Origin: Candidatus Binatia bacterium
GTDB taxonomy: Bacteria > Desulfobacterota > Binatia > Bin18
Length of the DNA: 64,000 bases
Assembly: GCA_963664395.2 (NCBI GenBank)
Contig: OY761159.2
Location: forward strand, 1,728,001 to 1,792,000
Reading direction: 5' to 3'
Position numbers and translations under genes: made by a program
The notes under the pieces: model-generated
Databases searched by the model: none
Seen by the model: only the letters and a program-made list of their open reading frames with translations
What the model was told of the DNA's origin: nothing
Shown here: positions 29,966 to 41,900 of the stretch, one piece after another
How positions within the stretch are numbered: position 1 is the stretch's first letter
Layout: each line of letters starts with the position of its first letter

Positions 29966-32900
29966 TCACTCTACGTCCGTAATGACAAAATTCTGACTAT
30001 TCTGCTGCCATTCCAGCAGCACGCTCTGCCCCAAGCGGAGAAAGTCGTCCACCACACATTCCCCCTCGGCCCCCCGCAGAAACTCTTCTCCCAGCGTCGT
30101 CACCCGCACAGTGGCCCGGCCTAACTCAACGTCGTCCACGTAGGCGACGACTTCATGCTCCCCCTCCCCCAACAGATTCCAGTTGAACAACAACCCAAAG
30201 CCGTTGTCCGTATCCCCACACACTCCGGCTGTATCTAACCGCTCCGTCCCATACGCCGCCACCTGCCGCCCGGCAGTCCCAATCGCAAGCTCAACCGTGT
30301 CGGCGTCACATACCCAGCCCGAGAGCACCCGGACCCCACTCTGAAAGGAGTTATGCCCCGGATTCTCCAAATACCCCGTCAGCCCACTCGTCCGGCCCGT
30401 GGTGGCACCGGCCGGGGGACTCCCCCCCGCAATGACGAAGTTCTGACTGTTCTGCTGCCACACCAGCGTCACGCGCTCGCCCTGCGTCGGGAAGTCTGCG
30501 GCCTCACACGTCCCCGCTACCCCCCGCAGAAACTCCTGTCCCAGTGTCGTCACGGTCACGCTCGCCTGGTCCAACTCCACCCCATCGACGAAGGCCACCA
30601 CCGTGTGATCTCCATCCCCCAACAGATTCCAGTTGAACAAGAGGCCAAAGCCATTGTCCGTGTCCCCACACACCCCGGCGGTGTCCAGCCGCTCCGTCCC
30701 ATACGCGGCCTCCTGCGGCATCCCGTTCAATTCGATCTCCACCACCGCCGCCTCACACACCCAGCCCGAGAGAATGCCCACCCCACTTTGAAACGAATCG
30801 GCACCGGGGTTCTCCAGATAGCCCGGCGTAAAGGTGATCTCGACGGCATACGTCCCCGTCGCCCCGCCTTGCCCTTGCACGGCCACGACGATGGGGCCGG
30901 CCTGCACGCGGGCGCCAAGTCGGTCATCCGGCTGCCTACCCGTAGGGCCGGTCGCCAAGACCGTCCCGTCTTGCCAGATCGTTCCTCGGGTCGGCACTCC
31001 CCTGGTGGTGTCCACAAAGATGAGGCCCTGGCCGGGGACAGTGACGGTAAAATAATCCACGTCGGCAGCCGGACAGATGGCTCCAGCAGTCACGGCAGAC
31101 AGCGCAATGTCCGTGGCCTGCGCAGCGCTGTTGCCGTGCAAGTCCTCCGCGCAGGCGGGACCTCGGCCACCACCACCGCCGCCACCACTACCGCCGCCGC
31201 CACTACCGCCGCCGCCGCCGCCACTACCCCGAGCCAAGACCGTGTTGGTCGTCACTGCCGTCACCGCCTCTCTTTTGGCCGTCCCCTGCCCGTCGGTATA
31301 GGACACCGTGGCCCGCAGATAGTAGCCGAGATCGTCGTCCACCGGCGTATAGGTCGCCGTCGTGGTCGGGGTGAAAGCGCAGGCGATCCTGTCCGTATCG
31401 GTCGGAGGGAAGGCTGGTAAGAGTGATCGCTCCCAGCACCACTCGGTGGTGGCCGTGTCCACCCCGTCCGGGTCGCTCACCCTCGCGGTGAGCTCTCTCC
31501 CCAACTGGGGCTGATTCGATAACAGACGGACCATGCCGAGGGCATCCTCTATCGTGACAGTCACAACCAGGGGCCCGGGGAGAGGCTCGTCAGAGGCTGT
31601 GGCTTGCACGGTCACCGCATACTCATTGTCCAGGTTGTTGGGGTCCTCATAGTCCGGTGACGCAGTGAAACGCAGTACCCCATTCGAGATGGTAAAGGCA
31701 TCTTTGTCGGCTCCATCCAGGCCCCACCGGATCGAAATGTTCCGTGGGTCCGGGTTGCTCGCCGTGTAGGTGGCCACCGGTCCCGTCCCGCCCTCTACGT
31801 ACTCTGGGTCGGAGTCTCCCTCCACCTCGGGTGGGTCGTCATCCGTGATGGTCACGATCACCGGCCTCACATTCATCGACTGCACCCCTTGGGCGTTCTC
31901 CGCCCGCCCGCGCACGGTCACCTGCTTGTCCGCCTCATCTTCCGGGTTGTTCCGCGCTGTGAGCGTCACGCCACCGATGCTCTCCGTCTCCCCCGCCAGG
32001 ATCGTCAGGCTCGTCCCGTTCAGCGTGAAGTCCGCCGCCACTGCCGGAGGAACCGCTGCGGCCGTCACATCCACCGTCGTCACCTCGCTGGACGGATGAT
32101 TGAGCACCGCCATCACTGTCGCGCGGTTATCCACGCCACTCTCAGTGATCGAATCCGCCGACAACTCCAGCGTCAGCGTCGGTGGATCGTCATTGTCCGT
32201 GATCGTCACCGTCGTTCCAGTCACATCCAGCCGCTCCACTATAGATGGGCCGTCCCGCACCGTGGCGCTGCCATCCACCGTCACCGTCTCGGGTGGCTCA
32301 TCCATGAGGTCGTTCACTGGCGTCAGGGTGAAGTCCGCCGTCCCGCGCTCCTGGCCTGCCGCAATCGTCAGATCGAAGGGTGACACCGCGTTGAAGTCGT
32401 CCGGGCCTGCCGTGTCCGTCGTGACCGTCACCCGCACTACGGTTTCATACTGCTTGGGTGCCCCATTGAGCGTGCCCGTCACCCGCACGACCGTTCCGGT
32501 ACTGCTCTCCGGTACGTCCCGGTTCACCGTCAGGATCACCGCCGTTGCATCGTCTTCCTTGTCTTCCACCGTCACGTCTACATCGTCCGCAGTCTCCCCT
32601 TCGTAATCCCCGCCGCTTACCGTATGGGTGATGGTCGCCGTGTCATCAGCGGCGTCCGGGTCGTCATCGGCCGACACCCGCACCGCCTGCTCGTCGTCCC
32701 AGGTGTTCGCCCTGAACGTCAGGCGCGACGACGCGACGCGCACGTCCGTATCCGAACTCGGCGTCTTCATAATCTCTACCGTCACCGGCGCCGTCGGCTC
32801 GGATTTCAGTACCACCGTGTAGGTGAAAGTATCGGACGAGCCTTCGATCACGGTCAGTTCCGTTGGGCTCACCGTCACCCCACGGGTGTCGTCATCCCGG

Positions 32901-35900
32901 ATCGTCAACTCCGCTGCTTTCACGGTCAGGCCACTCGGGCGGGTCGTCCCACTCACCATGACCGTCGCGTCAGCTGCGTCGATGTCGTTATCCACCGCCG
33001 TCAGTGTCACGGTGTTGCCCTCGCTCTCCGTCTTCTCCGCTGGAATGGTCAGGGTTCTGGGTGTACTCGGCGTATATTCCGACGCCGTTGCGACCGTCAC
33101 CACGATCTGCTGGCTCGATGCCCGGTCCAGCGTCGCCGTCACGGTGCTCACCCCGCCGTCCTCATCAATCTGAGTCTCCGACAGCACCAGCGTCACCTCC
33201 GGCGGATTATCGTTGTCCGTGACGGTCAGCTCCGCCGTTGCGGGCGCAATCGGTCCCAGGAGGTAGTCTTCCTCTTTTACCTCCCCCCTCACCGTCACCT
33301 GCTTATCCGGGGCATCGGTGGTGTTCTCCACTGCGGTCAGCGTCACCGTGCCCTCCTCCTCCCCCGCCGGGATGGTGAGCGTTGACGAGCTGAGCGTGAC
33401 GACCTCCTCCGGGTCCGCTGAGATTGTCACGGTCGTATTCGCGCTTGACGGACGGTCCAGCTTCACCGTGAGCGTGCTTACCTCGCCGTTCTCGCCGATC
33501 GATTCCGGCATCAATGCCAGCTCGAGCGTCGGAGCCGGATCGTCATCGGTGATCGATAGCGGGGCGTCGGCCGGGTCCCCGGCTATGCCCTGCGTATTGG
33601 TCGCCCTCCCGCTCACCGTTCCCTGCTTGTTCGGGGCGTCGGTGTCGTTGTTCACCGATGTCAGCGTGACGGCGGTCCCACGGCTCGCCGTCGCCCCCGC
33701 CGGGATCGTCAGCGTGGTGTTCGGACTCAGCGCGAAGTCGCCGGCTACCGCCGGAGGTACGGCCGCCGCCGATACCACCACCGTCGTCGCCTCACTCGAC
33801 GCATGGCTCAGCCGCGCCGTGACCGTGCTCACTTGCTTATTCTCGCTGATCTGCGGTGGCGTCAGTAGTAACTCCACGGCCGGTGCCGGATCGTCGTCCA
33901 CGATCTTCAGGTCTTGCGGGTCCGGGTTCGCCACCAGACGGTTGTTCGTCTTTCCACTCACCTGCACCGTCTTGTCGGGGGCGTCCACATTGTTGGGCTT
34001 AGCCGTCAGCGTCACCGTGCCGGTGCTGGCTGGCTCCCCCTTTTCAATCGTCAGCGTGCTCCCGCTCAGCATGACGTCGCTCGTCGGGGCTGAGACCGTC
34101 ACGGTCGTATTTTCGCTCGACACCCTGTCCAGACTCGCCGTGACCGTGCTGCTCTCCGTGCCGTCCTCGCTGATGGAGGTATCGGACAGGTGCAGCCTCA
34201 CCTTTGGGGCGGCCTGCACCGATGTGGTCGTCGCCTGACTCGCGCGCTTCCCGGACCCCTGGTCGTCGGTGTAGGTCGCGCTCGCCCGCAGATACTGCCC
34301 CAGGTCGGCCGCTCCCGGCGGATACCGCGGGGATGTCTCTCCGATGATGTCGGTCCAGGGACCGGTACTGTTGGCGGACCGTGCCCACTGCCAGGAGATG
34401 CCGCGCAGACCGCCGTCCGGGTCGCTTAACGCCGCCGTCAGTTGCTGCAGTTCCTGCGGCGGGGTTCCCATCAGGGTCACCATGCCCGCTTCCTCCACAT
34501 TGACGACATTGATCGTCACGGTGATAGTGTCGTCCGTCGCCATGTCGGCTTCGCCGTCGTCGTTCTTGCTGTCCCGAACCGACACGGTGACGCGGTAGCT
34601 TTTCTTGGGGGTCTCGTAGTCGTAGGTCACACCATCCTGTGTCCGCAACTGGCCGGTGGATGTGTTGATGGTGAAGGATGCGGCGTCGGTCCCGCCCAGA
34701 CTGTAGGTCCGGGGATCGCCGTCGTCGTCGTCGGCCTCCACTGGATCACCGATGTTTACACCGGCTCCTGTGTGCTCGTCCACGCTGCGGCTGCCCGTCT
34801 CGGTGGACGGGAACATCGCCGGATCGTTCACGTCGGTGAGGGTGATGGTCACGTCGATGCTGGTGTCGATGGTGGTGTCGCTCGTGTGGTCGGCGGCCTT
34901 CCCGTCATGGACCGATACGGTGACGCTGTAGGTGGCCTGGGTCTCGTAGTCGTAGGTCACCCTCGCCTTCGTCCGCAACTGGCCGGTGGACGTGTTGATG
35001 CTGAAGTCGGCAGCATTGTCGCCGCCCAGGCTGTAGGTCCGCGGGTCGTTGTCGGCGTCCGAGGCGACCACCGGCATGCCGATATCCCTTCCCGCCGGCG
35101 TGTTCTCGGGTACGCTGCGCGTGGCGCTGTTCCCCTCGTCGAACGTCGGCGGCTGGTTGGGCGCGGCAACCACCGCCCCCCACCGGCTGCGTACGGCTTC
35201 CCCGCCGGTGACCACCGCCGACACCTGGTACGTATCGGTGACGCCCGTGGTGGTGTGCTCGAGTCCGCTTATATTCTCTGCGACCGTCGAGACGGTCGAG
35301 CCGCTGTTGCGGTAGACGATGTAGGTCACGTCCGGCGCGTCCGGGTTCCAGGGGCTGGTATCGACGGCGGTCCAGCTCAGGTCCACCTGCGTCGCCGAGC
35401 CCGTCGCCGTCAGGGTCGGCCCGGCGCGGAGCTGGTAGCCGAATTTTTTCCAGTCCGTCCCCTGCCCGTCGCCGTTCACCTGGAGTGCCGGGTACTTCCC
35501 CGTGTCGAAGTGCCAGGGATCGTTGGCCTCGCCGTCGCCGTCCAGGTCCACGTTCCACTGTGCATAGATGCCGCTATACCCAGTCGGCGTCTGCAATTGC
35601 CCGGTGGTCCGACCCTGGCCGCCGGCGCTGCTCGTGCGCCGCGATGTTGTCGTGTCCCAGTAGCTGGTGGTGACGGTGCCGGTGAAACCGAACGACCGGG
35701 TGTTCCTCCCGACCAGCCCGCCCACATTTCTCACGCCCGCCACGGGTCCCGTGGCGTAGCTGGCGGTGATGGTTCTCCCGTTGCTGCCGACCAACCCGCC
35801 CACATTGTCATCGCCCGCGACCCAGCCCGTGGCGTAGCTGGCGGTGACAGCCGCGTCGTTCTCTCCGATCAGTCCGCCAACGTTGTTGCCGCCCGTCACC

Positions 35901-38900
35901 TCGACCGCGGCATAGCTGGCGACAACGAGGCTGCCCCAGGTCGCTCCGGCCAGCCCGCCCACATCCTCGCCCGTGCCGGTCACCGTGCCGGTCACATAGC
36001 TGCCGATGACTGAGCCGTTAGCGGTTCCGGCCAGCCCCCCGACGTTACTGCTGCCCGACACCATGACGTCGATCAGCCCGACATGGCGGATGACGCTCCC
36101 ATACGAGGTCCGCCCGAACAGCCCTACGTTTGAATCACGATCAATGAACAGATTGGCGATGGTATGCCCGTTGCCCTCGAAGATCGCCCGGAAACCGGCT
36201 CCGAACACAATGACTCCGGGAGTCGGGGCGGTCTTGATCGGCTCCCAGCCGGCGCCGCCGTTCCAGTACATGTCGCCCGCGCCGGCACTCCCGTCGCCGT
36301 TGGTGTCGAAGTCCAGGTTGTCGGCCAGCTCGTAGCCCACGCAGCCGGTCAGCCCGCCACATGCCTGCCGGTCGCCGACGGTCGAAAACGCCGCGGCATA
36401 CGCCGTTGCCCCGTCCGTCGTGGGCACGCCGTCCCCGTTCAGGTCGTGGCGCATGGCATCGAGTTGTTCCAGCTCCGTGATCTCGATCAGTCCGTCGTCG
36501 TCCGTGTCGTAGTCGGTCGCACTCGACGACTGCACCGTCACCGTGAGCGTCTGCGTCCCGCCCGCCATGGACCCGCCCGCGTCGGTGGCCGTCACCGTGA
36601 TCGTCGCCGTGCCCGCCGCCACCGGCGTGAGCGTCACCCGTGAGCCCGACACGCTCACCGTCACCACACCCGTCGCCGACGAGGCAGCCGTATAGGTCAG
36701 CGTATCGCCCTCCGGGTCCTCGAACGCCTTGCCGACCTCAACCCCCGCCGCATCGCCCGCGTGCAGCCACCGGTCCGACAGCGTCCCGACCGGCAGTGGG
36801 GGCGAGTTGCCGGATGTGGTCACCTCGACCACCGCGCTGCGCACCGGCTCGCCGCCGTCGACCACGGCTATCACCTGGTAGCTCAGGGTGGCGCCGGTCC
36901 GCGCCGCTGAATCGGTATACAGCAGGACCCCGAGGCCTTCCTCCAGGATCTCGACGGTGTCCCCGTCGGCGCGGGTGACCGTGTAGGTCACGTCCGGCGG
37001 CGGGGTCCAGGAGCCGACATCGACAGCGGTCCAGTCCAGGTCCACCTGCGCCTGCCCTGCCGTCACCGTCGGCGTCACCGTCGGCGTCATCAGGGTCGGG
37101 CCGCTCCGTAACTGATAGCCGAACTCCTGCCAGGTTGCCGCCCCTTGCCCATCGACGTTCGCCTTCAGGACCGGATACTGGCTCCCCGTACGGAAGTGCC
37201 AGGGATCGTTGTTCCTGCCGTCGTCGTCCAGGTCCACGTTCCAACTCCCGTAGATGCCGCCGTAGCCGGTGGGCGCCTTCAGTTGCGCCGTCGTCTTGCC
37301 AATCCCGAATGACCCGGATGTCTGTCCTGACGTGTTCGTATCCCAGTAGCTGGCGGTTATGATGGTGCTGTCGTCGCCGCTGTCGTATCCAACGAGGCCA
37401 CCGACACTACGCGACGGTCCCGACACTCGACCCGTAGCGTAGCTGGCTTTGATCTCCCCGAGGACGAACGGTGCGTTCCCCGAGATGCCGTTGGTGCCGA
37501 CCAGCCCGCCGACACTACTCCGTCCTGCGACGCTGCCCGTCGCATAGCTGCCGACGATGCTCGCGTGGCTACGAATCGCACCGACAAACCCGTCATTGAA
37601 GTTCCACCCGACCAGCCCGCCGACGTTCCTGTTACCCACGACACGCCCTGTCGCATAGCTGCCGCGGACCGCGCCGCCGTTGTACCCCACCAATCCGCCC
37701 GTTCCCCGATCCAAATCAGAGGTGCGCACGAAGTCCGGGGGCGCCATTCCCGTGACCGCTGCAGAGCTGCGGGACAGGGCGATGGTTCCCAGATTGCCCC
37801 CGACCAATCCACCCACCTGGACCTCGCCCGACACTTGGCCCGTCGACTGGACGCGGCTGACAACACCGTGGTTCTCCCCAGCCAGCCCGCCGACATGCTG
37901 CTTGCCGGTCACGTCTACGTCGGTCAGCCTGACGTCGCGCACGGCACCGCGCGAACGGATGGCACCGAACAACCCCGAGTGGTCGTCCCGCGCAACGAAT
38001 AGGTTGGCAATACTATGTCCGTTACCATCGAACGTGGCATTGAAGGCCCCCAACAAGATCCCGAAGATTCGTCCCCTGGGGAGGCCGATGGGCTCCCAAC
38101 CCTCGCCGGCGTTCCAGTAGGTATCGCCCGCGTCGGCGCTGCCGTCTCCGTCGGTGTCGAAGTCCAGATCCTTCGTCAGCTCGTAGCCCGAGCAGCCGTC
38201 GATGCCGCAGCCCAGCCGAGCAAAGGCGTCGGGGAACGCCGCCGCGTACGCCGCCGACCCGGCCGATACCGGGACGCCGTTCCCGTCCAGGTCATGGCGC
38301 ATGGCGTGGAGCTGCGCCAGATTACTGATGGCAATAAGCCCGTCCTCGTCGGCATCGTAGTTGTGGCCGACCGTCACTGTGAAGCGCTGCGACACGCTCG
38401 TATTCGATCCGCCGGCGTCGGTCGCCGTCACGGTGATGATTGTCCGGCCCGCGCTCGCCGGCGTGATGGTGAGCATCGAACTGGACCGGCTCAGCGTGAC
38501 GACGGAGGTCACGGACGAACTTGCCGCGTACGTCAGTGTGTCGGCGTCCGGATCATCGAAGGCCCCCGCAACGTCCACCACCACCGCCGTTGCCCCCACC
38601 AGCAGCTCCCGATCCGCCACAATCCCCACCGCGACCGGGGGCTGGTTCCCCGTGCCGGCGATCACCACCACCGGCGCACTGTGCGCTGCTTCCCCACCGT
38701 CCACTACCGCGGCCACCCAATAGGTGTAGTCGTCGTCGATCGTCACACCGGTGTCGGTATGGGTGAGCCCGGTCAGATTCTCCGCGATGGCTTCGATGGT
38801 GGTGCCATCGTCGCGATAGAGCGTGTAGCTCACGTCCGGGGGGTCCGGGTTCCAGGGGCTCGTCGATACGGCGTTCCAGCTCAGGACCACTTGGGCTTGG

Positions 38901-41900
38901 CTCTCCGTCGTGGTCGCCGTTAGCGTCAAGCCGTCGCGCACCTGGTAGCCGAACTCCTGCCACGTCGCTCGATTATCGTCATTCAGGTCCAGCGACAGGG
39001 CCGGATACTGCGTCGACGTTCCGAAATTCCATAGGTCCACATTCCACGCCGCGTAGATGCCGGTGTAGTCCGTCGGCGTTTGCAACTCCGCAGTGGTCTT
39101 CCCCCCGACGCCAAGCCGCTGCGATTCCGTACCGTCAATCACGCCGTTGTCGTTCTCATCGTCCTCGCCCACGCCGACGCGTACCCCGGAGGTCTCCAGG
39201 TCCCAGTAGCCGGCCCGGACCCGAACAGATTGTCCGCTCCCGACCAGTCCGCCGACCGCTACATCGCCGGAGACCGCGCCCGTGGCGTAGCTCGCCTCGA
39301 TCACGCCGCAGGAACTGCCGACCAACCCGCCGACCCCGCCGCCGCTGCTGGTGGGGGTTTCCACGGGGCCGAAGGTGGTGAAGAAGCCTAACCCATCACA
39401 AATGATGAACCCGGAATCCGACTCCGAGAGCCGCGCCCCTCCACCCGACACGTCCCCGGTGGCATAGCTCGCCAAAATGACCTGGTACCTATCGCTGACG
39501 GCGCCGACCAGCCCGCCGACCGCGTTCATGCCCTCTACATTCCCGGTGGCATAGCTGGAGTCGAGGTCGTTGAGGAGCTGGTGCCCGACCAACCCCCCGA
39601 CCGCATCAGCACCGGACACATTAACCGCGGCGTAGCTGTGCCTCACGCGCCCCCAGGTCCGACCCACGAGGCCGCCGACTTCATCCTGGCCCGACACGCG
39701 GCCCGTGGCAGAGCTGTCTATGACCGTCGCATAGACGCTGTGGCCCAGCAGGCTGCCGACTCTATCGCCGCCGGTCACGTCGACACCGACCAGGCCGATG
39801 CCATGCATCGAGCTCCGGTTGCTGGCCCCGAACAGCCCGACCCCGTCCTCGGTGTCCCGGTCGATGAACAGGTTGGCTATGGTATGGCCATCGCCCTCGA
39901 AGTCCGCGGTGAAGGGGTCGTCGGCCTCACCGATCGGCTCCCAGCCGGCCCCGGCATTCCAGTAGGTATCGCCCACCATGTCGGCGCGGCCGTCGCCGTT
40001 GGTGTCGAAGTCCAGATTCCCCGTCAGCTCGTAGCCCGTGCAGCCGTCGGCGGGACACCCCATCTCCGGCGCGCCCATGGGGAAGGCAGCGTAATACGGC
40101 ATCCACGTCGCGCCATCCACCAGACCGTCGCCGTTCAGGTCGTACCGCATGGCGTCGAGCTGCGCCAGGTTGCCGACATCGATCAGCCCGTCGTTATCGG
40201 CGTCGTAGTCCCTGTTCCCTGCTGTAACGGTGACCGAGAATAGCTCGACCGCGCTCAGGCCGTCGGGGTCGATCGCGCGCAACGTCACCACCGCACGGCC
40301 CGGTGAACCCGGCGTCAGCGTCACCATGGCATCGCTCCGTGTGACGGCCAGTCGGTCGGGGTCGCTCGACACCGCCTCGTAGGTCAGCGTGTCGGTGGCG
40401 TCCGGATCGCTAAAGACAGTCGCCAAATTGATGGGCGGCGCGGCGGCACCGGCGGCGAAGGTTCGGTCGGACTGGCTGCTCGTCACGGTCGGTGCCGCAT
40501 TGCGATCTGCCACCGCGACATCGACGGCATCCACGGCGGCCGGCGCCATCACGATGCCGTATCCGGAATCACGATCAACGCCGGTCGCCTCGATGTCCAG
40601 GGCCGCGCCCGTCATCGCCGTACGGAGTTGCGCCAGGGTGACCTGCTCCGGACCACCCGCCGCCTCCAGCATCAACGCCCCGATGGCCGCCGCGTGCGGC
40701 GCTGCGGCCGACGTGCCACAAAACGGAGAGAAGCCGGGCGTCGCCGTCGCCACGCATGTCGCCGCGGTGAGATCCGGCTTTTGCAGGAGCTTCCCGCCGG
40801 TCGCGGAGAAATTGCCGGACGTGATCGCCGTGCCGTCCGCCTCGAAGAAGATGCGGCGCGGCCCGTCCGAGTTGCTGCTACGCACGGATTCCGTGCCGTC
40901 GAACACACCGTCGGACCCGCCGGCAGTCGCTACATCGACCATCGCCACACTGATCGCGTTCTCCTGGGCCGAGTGTCCGTACAGGGTCCCAGCGGTCGCG
41001 ACCGCCAATGGTCCGCTATGGGCCTGCACGCGCAGGTAGCGGTTTGCGCCAGAGGCCTTGACGACGACCACACTGAGTCCGGAGTAGTCAAATATCGGAG
41101 AGGAGATGACCTCGATCGGATCTTGTGTGCCGTCCTGGGTGTCGGTTGAGCTGGCGAGCACGGCACCGTTCTCATTGACCAGGAACAGGTCGTAATCGTT
41201 GCTTGAGTCCTCCAGTGGGTCGGCCCACTGGAGGATGATCGCGCGCACCGAGCGGCCCTCCAGCTCGTTCGCCTCCACACCGCCCCCGAAGTCGTGTTTG
41301 GTGCCGACGGTCTGGCCATCCACGACCAGGGCGCTCCCCGCGGCGTAGTCGCCCTCCCAGACCCCGGACGTGCCGTGGGTCAGGTTGCCGTCGTTGCCGC
41401 CCGCCGAGAAGAAGACACAGCCGTCGGCGACCGCCGCGTTGACCCCTTGCGCGACGATGTCGTCCTGAAAAGCGGATTCCAGTAAATAGCCGATGTCGTC
41501 GACGATGACGTTCGCCCCGGCCTCACAGAGCGCCTCGATGTTCACCGCCATCCGGGCCTGGCCGCCGTTCCCCGTCGCAAAATACAGCTCGGCTCCCGGC
41601 GCGAGGTCGTGGACGATCTCCAACAGTGCCGTCCCCTCGTCCCCCGCGCCCGCCTGCCCCGGCAGCACCGTCACCTGCGCCGGCACGTCGCCCGACGCCT
41701 GCCGGGCGGCCAGTGTCCGGACCCCGTCCGAGATCACCCCGATCCCGATGCCCGTGCCGTCGACGCGATGGGTCGTACGCGCCACGGTCGCCCGGTGGGC
41801 GGCGTCGCCCTGGGTGGTGTTGTCCTTGCGGGTCACCGCCTCATCGGCGGGACGGATCGTCTGTACCGCGGCCAGCGCGGCCAGCCGCTCGATGGCGGTC

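Noticed and set aside
31165-31230. ccgccgccacta low-complexity tract
   Set aside because: It encodes the Gly/Ser linker of the giant protein.
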